Shown: positions 17,405 to 28,221, numbered from the stretch's first letter. The stretch is DNA of 64,000 nt from an uncultured delta proteobacterium (GCA_963827685.1 CAWHBU010000006.1:320001-384000); one strand, 5' to 3'. The notes: generated from the sequence alone by a model not told the origin. A program made the numbers and translations.

Positions 17405-17561
17405 CTTTTGTTTGCCTTCACTATTCGAATAAATAGAAACATCCAAACATATCCCCTCCCCCTTTGACGGGGGAGGGCGAGGGTGGGGGTGGATACGTCT
17501 TATCCCCCCTCCCCACCATCCCCTCCCGCTAGGGGAGGGGAGAAATCTAAGTTGGTTCATT

Positions 17562-18224
17562 TCATATGGAAAGTTGCGGAATAATATCTGCCAGATTCTT
17601 ACCCTTGATGCAGACACTTGCAATCTGTTCAAGATCCTTGCAGGAAGAATTGAACGCGATGCAAAACCCTACCATGCGAAACATGTCCATATCCCCTTTG
17701 CTATCTCCGATGGCGATCACTTCTTCGGGCTTCACTCCAAATTTTTTGAGAATCTTCCTCACCCATTCTGCTTTCTTATCATAATAGACCCGAATCTTGA
17801 CCCTCCCACTCAATAGTCCATTTTCATGAAGGAGATCATTAGAAACAGAGTAATCAAATCCATATTTCTGATGTACCCAATCGGAAAGGAGAGAAAGTCC
17901 GGAGGAAACCAACGAAAGTTTCAACCCTTTCTGTTTGAGGTAATGGATCAGTTCATTCGCGCCCGGGTGAAAGGGAACCGTCTTGACAATCTCCAGCAGC
18001 TCCTCCACCCTCATTCCCTTCCAAACTTGGGCATCGCGCTCACAAAATTCTTCATAAGAAATCTTCCCGGCCAAAAACTGACTCTGATACCGCTCTGCAA
18101 ACCCGTACCACTTTCCCAATCGCTTATGAATATACTCCCAGATGGATCGTTCCTGGGTAAGTGTCCCATCGAGGTCGAAAGTGGCCAATTTAAATGGTGG
18201 ATTCTTTCTCGTTGACATTGGCAA
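17562..18224 (-). CDS. HAD phosphatase, SerB-like
   Basis: FDLDGTL, VSSG, GDSKGD. Confidence 0.85.
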   Translation of the reverse strand: MPMSTRKNPPFKLATFDLDGTLTQERSIWEYIHKRLGKWYGFAERYQSQFLAGKISYEEFCERDAQVWKGMRVEELLEIVKTVPFHPGANELIHYLKQKGLKLSLVSSGLSLLSDWVHQKYGFDYSVSNDLLHENGLLSGRVKIRVYYDKKAEWVRKILKKFGVKPEEVIAIGDSKGDMDMFRMVGFCIAFNSSCKDLEQIASVCIKGKNLADIIPQLSI

Positions 18225-18319
18225 TATTTCAAAAAGAGGTTTTTCTAAGACCTAAAGCTGTAAGCGGAGATAAATTCTTGGGAGGGTGGGTCATCAACAA
18301 TCTTGCAGGGGTCTCAAAG

Positions 18320-18700
18320 TTAACCTTTAGATAACATACCTACCATCTTTATTTCCTTGATCTTATTCTTTTCATCGACATGAACAATGACAGGCTTGTG
18401 TTTGGCAATCTCTTTTTCTTCATGCTGAGAATAACAGCAGATAATGATGAGGTCTCCTACTGAAACCAGCCTGGCAGCAGCCCCGTTCAAACCGATTTCA
18501 CCCTTGCCACGGTCGCCCCTCATGACATAAGTCGAAAATCTTTGTCCATTGGTGATATTGTAGATATCCACTTTTTCATATTCAATGAGTTTTGCAACAT
18601 CCATGAGTTCCTTGTCAATGGTAATGCTCCCCTCATAATCAATATCGGCTCTCGTAACGGTTGCCCTATGGATCTTCGATTTGAGCATACTGATGATCAC
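18320..18700 (-). CDS. panD: Aspartate 1-decarboxylase
   Basis: KSKIHRATVT...YEGSITID, NGAAAR. Confidence 0.96.
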   Translation of the reverse strand: MIISMLKSKIHRATVTRADIDYEGSITIDKELMDVAKLIEYEKVDIYNITNGQRFSTYVMRGDRGKGEIGLNGAAARLVSVGDLIIICCYSQHEEKEIAKHKPVIVHVDEKNKIKEIKMVGMLSKG

Positions 18701-18705
18701 TGCGC

Positions 18706-18826
18706 TTACCTCCCGATGATAGTGTGATCGATGAGTCTAACAGACTTAACCATTGCCGCAACGACCACTACTGCATGTTTCTTACATTCACAACTCTTTC
18801 AGGCGTCTCAGCGTCTCTGATTTCCC
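18706..18826 (-). pseudogene. panC: panC C-terminal remnant
   Basis: EIRDAETPERVVNVRKHAVVVVAAMVKSVRLIDHTIIGR* resembles PanC end (RLIDN); frame closed upstream. Confidence 0.6.
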
Positions 18827-19392
18827 CCTATCGAAAAGAAACGCCTTTCACAGGCTCATTGAAATTATAAGTCCTTTTCTCTCCAAAATCAACTAACTCT
18901 TCCGCTTTCACAAAAGATCAATAAAGAACTGTTACCCTTTATCTGCAAACATTATTCCTTATCGCTTCCACCAACAGGGTACCTTTTTCGTAAGGACGAC
19001 GGACTAATAGGTACCCGATTTCTCTACTTCTGTCAAGGGCGGACGGCCATCCCAATAATAGACATTGACTCAATCCAGTTCCCCCTCTCCCTTGATGCCT
19101 GCCTGCGGGAAGCCGCTTCGGCGAAGGCAGGGGAGAGGGCTGGGTCGCCGACGCGCCATAGCCTGCCTTCGCCGAAACGCTCTCGCTTGCCGGAGAACTT
19201 GTTCGGCCAGCAGGTCGTGCAGGCAGGCCGCTTTGGCGACGGCGCGGTGAGGGTGCATTATCACCTTTTTTATCCCCCTCCCCTTAATCCCCTCCCACCA
19301 GGGGAGGGGAGTTTTTGGGGTTTGTCTTTTTCAATTTCTATTTTTCGGGAGCCATTAAAAGTATTGCCTCAGTTATCCGTGTCGGTGATACC

Positions 19393-20184
19393 TCATGATT
19401 TCAATGCCTTGGCAAAAGAAGAGATGAAATCCCTTACCATGTCGGTTAACTCCGGGTTTTTTAGGTTTTCCTCGATCATCTTCACAATCGCACTTCCTAC
19501 AATGACGCCGTCAGCGAAAAGGCTGATCCTTTTCGCCTGCTCTGGAGTGGAGATGCCGAAACCAACAGCCACCCGTTTTTTGCTCTGCTCCTTTATTCCC
19601 TTGACAGCCCGCTCCAGCTCATCCGGCAAATTCTCCCTCGCTCCGGTGACGCCCGTTACGGAGACATAATAGATGAACCCCTCGCTGCATCGGCTCACCA
19701 ATTTTATTCGGTCCGGCGGGCTGGTTGGAGCGACGAGAAAAATAGTATCTAAACCCGTTCTCCGAGCCTCTCCCATCCATGGCCCTGCTTCTTCAGGAGG
19801 AAGGTCGGGAATGATCACGCCATCAATTCCGCTTTGTCCACAGCCTTCAGCGAACTCCTTTAAGCCGTAGTGAAAAACAGGATTGAAATAGGTCATCAGG
19901 ACTAGAGGAGTGGTAATCCCTTTCAATCTCTCCGCCAAGGAGAATATATCTTTCAGGTTGACCCCATTTTGCAGGGCACGCTGGGAAGCAGCTTGAATGG
20001 TCGGTCCATCTGCGAGGGGATCGGAAAAAGGAACGCCCAACTCAATAATATCTGCTCCAGCCTCAGCCATTTTTAGGACCAATGCCTCTGTCGTCTTGAG
20101 ATCAGGGTCACCCGCAACCACAAAAGGAATTAAGGCTGCCCTCTTATTTTTGAGCCCTTTAAATACCGTCTCAATCCTGTTCAT
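19393..20184 (-). CDS. trpA: Tryptophan synthase alpha
   Basis: [21 protein letters not shown]. Confidence 0.97.
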   Translation of the reverse strand: MNRIETVFKGLKNKRAALIPFVVAGDPDLKTTEALVLKMAEAGADIIELGVPFSDPLADGPTIQAASQRALQNGVNLKDIFSLAERLKGITTPLVLMTYFNPVFHYGLKEFAEGCGQSGIDGVIIPDLPPEEAGPWMGEARRTGLDTIFLVAPTSPPDRIKLVSRCSEGFIYYVSVTGVTGARENLPDELERAVKGIKEQSKKRVAVGFGISTPEQAKRISLFADGVIVGSAIVKMIEENLKNPELTDMVRDFISSFAKALKS

Positions 20185-21374
20185 AGCTCCACTCCGATCT
20201 TGGCGGCGATTGAAGGAACATCCTTGTCCCCGCGGCCTGAAAGGTTGACGATGATCACCTGGTCTTTTCTTAAAGCGGGGGCTAATTTAAAGACATGGGC
20301 AAGGGCATGCGCGCTCTCAAGGGCCGGAAGGATGCCTTCTGTTTTTGAAAGGAGGTGGAATGCCTTTAGGGCTTCTTCGTCTGTGACGGTTACATATTCA
20401 GCCCTTTTGTTCTCTTTGAAAAAGGCATGCTCCGGCCCCACCCCCGGATAGTCTAAGCCGGGCGCAAAAGAATAGGTCTCCAGGATATTTCCAGAATCAT
20501 TCTGAAGGATGTAACTCATGCTTCCATGAAGGGTTCCTATTTCGCCGGCACAGAGGGATGCTGCATGGCTTCCCGTATCCACTCCCAAACCCGCCGCTTC
20601 TACTCCAATGAAATGTACGCTGTCTTTGAAGAAGGGATAGAAGAGGCCCATCGCATTGCTTCCTCCCCCCACACAGGCCACTAGATAATCAGGAAGACGG
20701 CCCTCTTTCTCCAGCACTTGCTTCTTTGCTTCCTTGCCAATGATCGATTGAAAATCTCTCACCATCATGGGATAGGGATGAGGTCCAACCACAGAGCCGA
20801 TGAGATAGTAAGTATCCTGGACATGGGTAACCCAATCCCGGATGGCCTCGTTGATGGCATCTTTCAATGTCTTGCTCCCGGATGAAACAGGGATGACCTC
20901 AGCCCCCAAGAGTTTCATCCTGAAGACATTCGGGGATTGTCGCTGGATGTCCTCCTCCCCCATATAAACGACGCATTTCAATCCAAAGAGAGCCGCTGCC
21001 GTGGCCGTGGCGACACCATGCTGACCCGCTCCGGTCTCAGCAATCACCCTCTTCTTTCCCATCCTTTTGACCAGCATCGCTTGCCCCAGCGTATTGTTGA
21101 TCTTATGAGCGCCTGTATGCGTCAAGTCTTCCCGTTTAAGGTAGATCCTTGCCCCCTTCAACTCCTCGGTCAGTCTTTCTGCAAAATAAAGTGGCGTGGG
21201 TCTCCCAACATAGTCTTTCAAATAGGACGTCAATTCACTCCGAAAGAGAGGATCTTTTCTTATAGAAAGGTAAGCCCTCTCTAATTCCTGGAGGGGAGCC
21301 ATGAGTGTCTCGGGGACAAACTTGCCCCCAAAAATTCCAAAATGTCCTCTTCTATCTGGAAGATTTTTTTGCAT
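20181..21374 (-). CDS. trpB: Tryptophan synthase beta
   Basis: [26 protein letters not shown]. Confidence 0.98.
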   Translation of the reverse strand: MQKNLPDRRGHFGIFGGKFVPETLMAPLQELERAYLSIRKDPLFRSELTSYLKDYVGRPTPLYFAERLTEELKGARIYLKREDLTHTGAHKINNTLGQAMLVKRMGKKRVIAETGAGQHGVATATAAALFGLKCVVYMGEEDIQRQSPNVFRMKLLGAEVIPVSSGSKTLKDAINEAIRDWVTHVQDTYYLIGSVVGPHPYPMMVRDFQSIIGKEAKKQVLEKEGRLPDYLVACVGGGSNAMGLFYPFFKDSVHFIGVEAAGLGVDTGSHAASLCAGEIGTLHGSMSYILQNDSGNILETYSFAPGLDYPGVGPEHAFFKENKRAEYVTVTDEEALKAFHLLSKTEGILPALESAHALAHVFKLAPALRKDQVIIVNLSGRGDKDVPSIAAKIGVEL

Positions 21375-21431
21375 GAATGGTTGCCTCTTTTCTGGTCATC
21401 CCCTGCCCTCTTCAATACAAGGGGATTCTTT

Positions 21432-22133
21432 TCACCTCTTATTCCCATGGAATATGTTTATTTCACTCACAACATCTTTATGCTCGCCTGAACTTCCTAT
21501 GTTACCGGATATCATTTGATCTGTCTCACGCACAATCTTCATGATCTCTCTTATTTTGTTTGGGTCTTTCTTTCCGGGCGAGGTCTCAACACCACTATTG
21601 ATGTCTACTGCCTGAGGTCTCACCGTCTCTATGGCCTCCCTTATATTCTCCCTATTCAAGCCGCCGGCAAGGATGAGCGCATGTGTTTCCTTGACCTTTA
21701 TCGCTAGTCTCCAATCCGAATTTTTTCCTGTCCCTCCATAATGGCCTGCATCGCGTGCATCCATTAGGATAGCCGCTACAGGATAATTTCTTAGTGCTTG
21801 TATCTCTTTTTCTGTCTGGCAAAAAACAGCCTTGATCAGAGAAGATATGGGGAATTGGGCACAGTATTCAGGGGATTCATCCCCGTGGAGTTGAATCAGA
21901 TTGAGACCGCAAAATTGAGCGATTTCCTTGACCTCTTGTATCTCGTGATTGACGAAGACTCCCACTCGAATGATCTCAGAGGGAAGTTTCTGATTCATCT
22001 CTTTTGCCTTCGCCGGCGCTACGTACCTTTGACTCTTCGGATAAAAAATAAACCCAAGAGCATCCACCCCGCACTCGGCAGCCGTACAGGCATCGTTGAT
22101 ATTGGTGATCCCGCAGATTTTAACCTTGACCAT
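21432..22133 (-). CDS. trpF: Phosphoribosylanthranilate isomerase
   Basis: KVKICGIT, QLHGDE, GGTG, LAGGL. Confidence 0.95.
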   Translation of the reverse strand: MVKVKICGITNINDACTAAECGVDALGFIFYPKSQRYVAPAKAKEMNQKLPSEIIRVGVFVNHEIQEVKEIAQFCGLNLIQLHGDESPEYCAQFPISSLIKAVFCQTEKEIQALRNYPVAAILMDARDAGHYGGTGKNSDWRLAIKVKETHALILAGGLNRENIREAIETVRPQAVDINSGVETSPGKKDPNKIREIMKIVRETDQMISGNIGSSGEHKDVVSEINIFHGNKR

Positions 22134-22944
22134 CTGGTCCTCCGATCTGGCTGCCGGAATCCACCAACTCCCTTGTCTTTCTGGCCATATCTTTGCTCTC
22201 CATAAGGGAAGTTCCCACCAGAACGGACCGAATGCCGCTTCTTCCCAACAATTGGATATCCTCTTTATCAGAGATGCCACTTTCACTCACAAGGATGCGC
22301 CCCTTTGGAACCAGGCGGGCCAGATCGAGCGTGGTGCAAAGAGAGACTTCGAAGGTGTCGAGGTTCCGGTTATTGATTCCGATCACTTCCGCCCCGCAAT
22401 CGTACGCCTTTTCAAGATCGTCATGATTATGGATTTCAGTCAGAGGGGTCAGGTCCAACTCCTTACTGAAGACGAGTAATTCTTTCAATTGATCTTTTGA
22501 CAGGATACGGGCAATGAGAAGCACCGCGTCTGCACCATAGAGGTACGATTCCCTGACCTGGATTTCATCGATGATAAAGTCCTTACGCAATATCGGCAGA
22601 GAAATTGCTTTTTTAAGAAGTGGAAGATCATCCAGATTTCCCCCAAAAAACCGATGATCGGTAAGAAGAGAGATAGCTACCGCCCCGGCATCCTCATAAA
22701 TTCGGCCAATCGTGCACGGGTCCATTTTTTCACGGATAACGCCCGCGGAAGGAGAAGCGAACTTGATCTCGGCAATGATACCGATCCGACCTGGCATGGA
22801 GATGGCGGCCTTAAAATCACGCAAACGAGGCAGGTCGTTATTTCTTACGGCGGGTACTCCCCTCTTTTTTAACGCTTCGACCTCAATCTGTTTATGGGCC
22901 ATGATCTCTTTCATCTTCAAGTGCATAAGAAAACCCCTCATCAC
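22120..22944 (-). CDS. trpC: Indole-3-glycerol phosphate synthase
   Basis: IAEIKFASPS, LRKDFI, GINNRNL, VSESGI. Confidence 0.96.
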   Translation of the reverse strand: MMRGFLMHLKMKEIMAHKQIEVEALKKRGVPAVRNNDLPRLRDFKAAISMPGRIGIIAEIKFASPSAGVIREKMDPCTIGRIYEDAGAVAISLLTDHRFFGGNLDDLPLLKKAISLPILRKDFIIDEIQVRESYLYGADAVLLIARILSKDQLKELLVFSKELDLTPLTEIHNHDDLEKAYDCGAEVIGINNRNLDTFEVSLCTTLDLARLVPKGRILVSESGISDKEDIQLLGRSGIRSVLVGTSLMESKDMARKTRELVDSGSQIGGPDGQG

Positions 22945-22950
22945 CTGTCG

Positions 22951-24018
22951 TTAAACGCGGTGCGTGAACTGTTGTGTCAGGGCGGCAAGCCTTTCGAGTT
23001 TTTCCATCGCCTTGCCTGAATCAATGGAGTCTTGCGCCCGTTTGATACCCTCTTTGAAATGGTTATCCAGACCCACCGCCATAAAGGCCGCTGCCGTGTT
23101 GAGCAGGACGATGTCTCTCTTCGGGCTTTTTTGGCCGCTTAGGATCTCTCGGATCACCTGGGCATTCACAAGGGCATTTCCTCCCCGTATTTCCTCCGGG
23201 TCCGCCCTTTTCAGTCCAACTTCTTCTGGGGTCAGGTTAAACGTCTTGACCTCTCCCTGTTTGAGATGAGAGATCCGGGTAGGACCGCAGATGCTGATTT
23301 CGTCAAATGTCCCTTCTCCGCATACGACAAAAGCTTCCTTCGTTCCAAGTCTATTCAGCACATGAGCCATCTTTTCTGTCAGGGCCGGGTCGTAAACCCC
23401 TAAGACCTGGGCAGAGGCCCCAGCAGGATTGGTCAGGGGGCCCAGGAGATTAAAAATAGTCCGGATCCCTATTTCCCGGCGCGGACCGGCGGCGTGTTTC
23501 ATGGCGCCGTGAAAAAGAGGAGCAAAAAGAAACCCGATTCCGATCTCCCGGATGCATGTCTCCACATCAGCAGGGGTGATGTCCAATTTGATTCCAAGAT
23601 CTTCGATCACATCCGCACTTCCGCACTGGCTGGAGACGGCCCGATTGCCATGTTTGGCAACCCTCGCGCCTGCTCCTGCGGCCACAAATGCACAGGCCGT
23701 GGAGATATTAAAGGTGTTGGTGCCATCCCCTCCCGTGCCGCAGGTATCGAGGATGGTTTCATCTTCGATATTGATCTCGTCCCGATCCATGCTTACCTGT
23801 TGATCCTTCGAGAAGATTCTGACCGCCTTTGCCCGCATCACCCGGGCCGCACCGGTAATCTCATCTACCGTCTCCCCTTTCATCCTGAGGGCGGTAACAA
23901 ATGAACCGATCTGGGCAGGCGTTGCTGCGCCGGTCATAATCTCTTCCATAACCTGTTCCATCTCAACCTCTTTCAGGTGCTCCCCTCTGACCACCCTTGC
24001 AATGGCCTCTTTGATCAT
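22951..24018 (-). CDS. trpD: Anthranilate phosphoribosyltransferase
   Basis: DTCGTGGD, FNIST, KHGNR, RTIFNLLGPLTNP. Confidence 0.96.
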   Translation of the reverse strand: MIKEAIARVVRGEHLKEVEMEQVMEEIMTGAATPAQIGSFVTALRMKGETVDEITGAARVMRAKAVRIFSKDQQVSMDRDEINIEDETILDTCGTGGDGTNTFNISTACAFVAAGAGARVAKHGNRAVSSQCGSADVIEDLGIKLDITPADVETCIREIGIGFLFAPLFHGAMKHAAGPRREIGIRTIFNLLGPLTNPAGASAQVLGVYDPALTEKMAHVLNRLGTKEAFVVCGEGTFDEISICGPTRISHLKQGEVKTFNLTPEEVGLKRADPEEIRGGNALVNAQVIREILSGQKSPKRDIVLLNTAAAFMAVGLDNHFKEGIKRAQDSIDSGKAMEKLERLAALTQQFTHRV

Positions 24019-24104
24019 GATTTTGTTCCTCCTCTCGCTTCGGGGTAATGTTTTCCTCAAACAATTGGATTGAGTGAACTCTCCATTACATAAAACATTT
24101 CAAA

Positions 24105-24280
24105 AAGGCTATTGGGTGGGCTAAAAAAGCTTTACAGTGGAACCTTTACCGTCTTGCTACAGGGCTTCCAACCACTTTACGGGAACCACCTTGGGTAATA
24201 TCGCATGTTCCCTATCAAACATAGTGAAGAACCACTTGGTAAAGATTTGGAAGCCCACCCAATAGCCTTATCAATGCAAC
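24105..24280 (+). ncRNA. Unnamed structured motif, copy B
   Basis: 18-bp perfect stem AAGGCTATTGGGTGGGCT / AGCCCACCCAATAGCCTT enclosing the same core as copy A. Confidence 0.6.
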
Positions 24281-24312
24281 ATCTGGGTTACGTCAAACCT
24301 GCTCCCCATCCA

Positions 24313-25512
24313 TCAAACCATTTTTTCTTTATGGTACATTCTGAATAACTCCCGGCCGATAATCATCTTTTGAATGTTAGAGGTTCCTTCGAGATATTCC
24401 ATTCCCCGAGCATCCGCACTGAGCTGGTTGATCAGCTCATTTCTGAAGTAACCTCTTCCGCCCATTAACACCTGCGCCTTGGTGGCCACCTCCATCACCA
24501 CTTGGGAGGCGAATAGCTTTGCTTGAGAGGAGCTCATCCTATAGTAGGAGGTGCCAACTTGCTTCAGGGCATGAAGGCATAACCCCCTCGCGGCGTTGAT
24601 TCGAGTGAACATCTCCGAGATTTGAAAACTGATATCCTGGCTGCTGGTCAAGGGATGATCGAATTGCCTTCTTTGATGGGCATAATGATAGAGTTCGCGA
24701 AAAATCCGGTAAGCCAAACCACAGCAGATGCCGGCAATATGAATTCTTCCCCGATCGATGACATCGAGGGTCAAGACCAGGCCCATTCCTTCATTCCCCA
24801 CCAGATGCTTAGCGGGGACAGGAGAATCTTTAAAAATGAGTTGTCCCGTCGGTAAGATGTTCAACCCGTCTTTATCGGGCAATCCCTTGATGGTGAAGCC
24901 TGGCAAATCATTCTCCACAATAAACACGCTCAAGGAACGGGGGCCCAGGACACCCTTCGTGTTGGCGAGAATGGCATAAAAGCGAGCCAAGCCACTGTTC
25001 GAGATAAAGATTTTCTCTCCATTAAACAGGTAATGCGGACCCACTCTCTCTGCCCTCAAGCCGACGGCACTTGCATCCGATCCTGCCTTTTCTTCCGTGA
25101 TGGCAATGGCTCCAAAATCCCCTTCTGCCATCTTCGGGAGATACTCTTCCTTTTGTTGTCCCGTGCCACTGAGTATGATATCGATCGCGCGTCCATGGGA
25201 TACAAAAATGATGCCCAGCCCCGGAGAAGCGTAACCCAGGAGTTCCATCATAAAGTAGATCTCCTGCTCAGAGGTCTTTTCTCCTCCATATTCCGGGGGG
25301 ACAAAGAGTTTGAAAAAATGCGCCTCTTTTAAACCGGAAACGATTCGATCCCACTCCTTTGGGAAGACAGCTTGGTGGTTCTCTATCTTTGTCTCCAGAA
25401 AAGAATAGGTGGGAAGGATCAACTCTTTAAGGAGAGCAATAAAACGATTCACATATTTTTTCTCCCTCCAGCCGGGATGAAAAGAATCAAAGATATTCAC
25501 CAGATTTTCCAT
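24313..25512 (-). CDS. Acyl-CoA dehydrogenase family protein
   Basis: AITEEKAGSD, NGEKIFISN, RRQFD, MGGRGY, LEGTSNIQ. Confidence 0.92.
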   Translation of the reverse strand: MENLVNIFDSFHPGWREKKYVNRFIALLKELILPTYSFLETKIENHQAVFPKEWDRIVSGLKEAHFFKLFVPPEYGGEKTSEQEIYFMMELLGYASPGLGIIFVSHGRAIDIILSGTGQQKEEYLPKMAEGDFGAIAITEEKAGSDASAVGLRAERVGPHYLFNGEKIFISNSGLARFYAILANTKGVLGPRSLSVFIVENDLPGFTIKGLPDKDGLNILPTGQLIFKDSPVPAKHLVGNEGMGLVLTLDVIDRGRIHIAGICCGLAYRIFRELYHYAHQRRQFDHPLTSSQDISFQISEMFTRINAARGLCLHALKQVGTSYYRMSSSQAKLFASQVVMEVATKAQVLMGGRGYFRNELINQLSADARGMEYLEGTSNIQKMIIGRELFRMYHKEKMV

Positions 25513-25556
25513 CGCCTCAGCCTCCTTTAAATGGGCATAGAATGAAAATCTGTAAC

Positions 25557-25800
25557 ACTTTAGCGCTTTGAAAAATCCGCCAATGTGACACCGGTTTCCG
25601 CTAAGGACGGGATTGGAAAAGTTTTAGAGCGGAAACCTTTTACCGGTTCATTCAGTTGGCTCCAATGGCATGGCAGCGTTTCGCTCACTCTCACCGTTTC
25701 AAAACCGTAAAATATGAAAGACCGCATTCTAAAACTTTGGAAGTCCCGGCCTTGGCGGGAACAAAGGGACAAATGGCACTCCATTTCAAGGCGCTAAAGT
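25557..25800 (+). ncRNA. Unnamed structured motif, copy C
   Basis: Outer stem ACTTTAGCGCTTTGAAA / TTTCAAGGCGCTAAAGT; core GGAAAA-GTTTTAGAGCGG...CCGCATTCTAAAAC-TTTGGAAG. Confidence 0.55.
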
Positions 25801-26357
25801 ACTACGAAATTCTTAATAATAGAGCTCCCGAATGGCGTCAAAATCGATTCCGGATGAAATTGCACCCCTTCCACCTTATGTTTTCGGTGTCTCAACCCCA
25901 TGATCTCCCCTTCCTCTGTCCAGGCGCTTATTTCAAGACATTCCGGCAGCGCCTTTCTATCTACAATAAGAGAGTGGTAACGAGTTGCCTCAAAGGGATT
26001 GGGCAGGCCGCTGTAAATGGTTTGACCATCGTGAAAAATGGGGGAGGTCTTGCCATGTCTGATCCGTTCGGCCCTGATCACGTTGCCACCAAAGGCATAG
26101 CCAATGGCCTGATGCCCCAAGCAGACGCCCATGATGGGAATGGATTGATGAAACTGCCTGATCACTTCAACCGTAATTCCTGCCTCCTTAGGTGATCGAG
26201 GGCCAGGAGAAAGGAAGATAGAAGTCGGTTTTAAATTCCTAATGTCTTCAAGGGAGACGGCATCATTCCGTAGGACGACCACTTCTTCCCCAACCCGGGC
26301 GATATCATGGAAGAGATTGTAGGTGAAAGAATCATAATTATCGATCAAGAGAATCAT
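25794..26357 (-). CDS. trpG: Anthranilate synthase component II
   Basis: IDNYDSFT, GVCLGHQ, RYHSL, QFHPES. Confidence 0.95.
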   Translation of the reverse strand: MILLIDNYDSFTYNLFHDIARVGEEVVVLRNDAVSLEDIRNLKPTSIFLSPGPRSPKEAGITVEVIRQFHQSIPIMGVCLGHQAIGYAFGGNVIRAERIRHGKTSPIFHDGQTIYSGLPNPFEATRYHSLIVDRKALPECLEISAWTEEGEIMGLRHRKHKVEGVQFHPESILTPFGSSIIKNFVVL

Positions 26358-27844
26358 GGCAACCCCTCCTCGGCAAGTTGAATGGCTTTGATAATGGCCT
26401 GGGCCTTGTGCAGCGTTTCTTCGTATTCCTTCTCCGGATCGGAATCAGCGACCACGCCTCCGCCTGCCTGTACATAAGCCTTCCCATCCTTGATGAGAAT
26501 GGAGCGTATCGTAATGCAGGTATCCATGTTTCCCAGAAAACTGAAGTACCCTACGGCTCCGGCATAAAACCCGCGGCGGGAGGGTTCTAACTCTTCGATG
26601 ATTTCCATTGCCCGGATCTTCGGAGCGCCGGAAACGGTCCCGGCAGGAAAAGTGGCCCGAAAGATGTCGAAGGCGTTTTTCTCCGGGGCGAGCGTTCCCT
26701 GGACATTGGAAACAATATGCATCACATGGGAATATTTTTCCACGGTCATCAACTCGGTCACCTTGACCGAGCCAATTTCGGAGACGCGGCCCACATCATT
26801 TCGGCCGAGGTCAACCAGCATAATATGTTCGGCCTTCTCCTTCTCGTCGGCCAGAAGATCTTTTTCCATCTTCCGGTCTTCTTCCGGCGTTCTTCCCCTG
26901 GGCCGGGTGCCGGCAATCGGCCTGAGTTCAATCTGCTTACCTTCCAGACGAACCATCACTTCGGGAGAACTTCCCATGAGGATCATACCGTTCATCTTTA
27001 GATAGAAGAGATAGGGCGAGGGGTTGATGCTTCGAAGGGCGCGATAAACATCGAAAGGTTCGCCATGAATCTCCGTTGAAAACCGTTGCGAAGGAACTAC
27101 CTGGATGATGTCTCCGGCTCGAATATACTCCTTTGCCCTTTCCACGACTTTCATATAGTCCTGCTTGCTGAAATTTGAGCGCAGCGGAGAGGGAGTAAAA
27201 GGCTTCCTCTCTGGAGAAGGAGGGTTATGTCTTTGCAGCCTCGCGATAATCGACTTGATTTTTCCCTGAGCCTCTTGATAGGCTGCTTCGATAGATTGGC
27301 GGGGGGATTGCCGGTCGTCTAAGAACGCATTGATAATGATCTTGATCTTCTTCCTTAAATTGTCGAAGACCAGCAGGGTATCGGTGATCATGAACGAGCA
27401 GTCATAAAGGTCGATGTCCTGTTTAAGTTGCTCTGGAATCCTCTCAAAAGACCTCACGACATCATAACTGAGGTAGCCCACCGCCCCCCCGGAAAACCGT
27501 GGAAGATCGTCATGCTGAACAGGGTGGTAAATCCCCATAAAACCCTGAAGCGCTCGGAGCGGGTCTTTCACCTTACCCCTTTGAACGACTTCACCCTTCT
27601 TAAGAATTTCAAAATCCTCTCCTTTGCTCCGGAAGAGGTGCGAGGACCCGGAGCCCAAGAAACTGTAACGACCCCATTTCTCCCCTCCCTCCACACTTTC
27701 GAGAAGGAAAGAGGACTTTCCATCATCGATCTTCCGAAAGGCCGAGAGGGGTGTCTCCAGGTCATAGTGAATTTCCTCAAAGATGGGAATGAGGTTGCCC
27801 TGGGTCGCCAATTGTTTAAAATCGGATAAAGAGGGAGCGATCAT
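26354..27844 (-). CDS. trpE: Anthranilate synthase component I
   Basis: LLES, NPSPY, PIAGT, EHIMLVDLGRND, GTVSGAPK. Confidence 0.96.
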   Translation of the reverse strand: MIAPSLSDFKQLATQGNLIPIFEEIHYDLETPLSAFRKIDDGKSSFLLESVEGGEKWGRYSFLGSGSSHLFRSKGEDFEILKKGEVVQRGKVKDPLRALQGFMGIYHPVQHDDLPRFSGGAVGYLSYDVVRSFERIPEQLKQDIDLYDCSFMITDTLLVFDNLRKKIKIIINAFLDDRQSPRQSIEAAYQEAQGKIKSIIARLQRHNPPSPERKPFTPSPLRSNFSKQDYMKVVERAKEYIRAGDIIQVVPSQRFSTEIHGEPFDVYRALRSINPSPYLFYLKMNGMILMGSSPEVMVRLEGKQIELRPIAGTRPRGRTPEEDRKMEKDLLADEKEKAEHIMLVDLGRNDVGRVSEIGSVKVTELMTVEKYSHVMHIVSNVQGTLAPEKNAFDIFRATFPAGTVSGAPKIRAMEIIEELEPSRRGFYAGAVGYFSFLGNMDTCITIRSILIKDGKAYVQAGGGVVADSDPEKEYEETLHKAQAIIKAIQLAEEGLP

Positions 27845-27922
27845 TTTTCTAACCTCCTCGTTGTTAAAACAAGCCAGAAAACAACTCCAGCCAGAACCTC
27901 ATCGGTGTGTCTATCCATTCAG

Positions 27923-28189
27923 TAAGCATCCCCCGGCAAAGCCGGGGGTTTTACGATTGCTGGCCCCTCAAAAGGGCCTGGTCGCAATCGGTCAAAATCA
28001 AAACCGAGAACCATTCATTGTTCGGTCTTTCGTAAAAGTTCTTGTTGTCGTCATTCCTGCGAAAGCAGGAATCCAGTTTTTTTCTGGATTCCGGGTCGCG
28101 TTTCACTTGCCCGGAATGACGATCCTACATTCCCGGCACTGTCAACCCCGTACTCGATACGGGCCCCGGCAGAGCCGGGGGGTTACCTA
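27923..28189. mobile_element. IS200/IS605-like non-autonomous element with nested REP-like palindrome
   Basis: Subterminal hairpins CCCCCGGCAAAGCCGGGGG and CCCCGGCAGAGCCGGGG; GTCATTCCTGCG...GGAATGAC at ~28050-28120. Confidence 0.6.
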
Positions 28190-28221
28190 AGTGCTAATTA
28201 AGCAGTTTTTTCCTCCAGTCA

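Noticed and set aside
17405-17632. N-terminal extension of PAP2
   Set aside because: Reads through REP-like repeats
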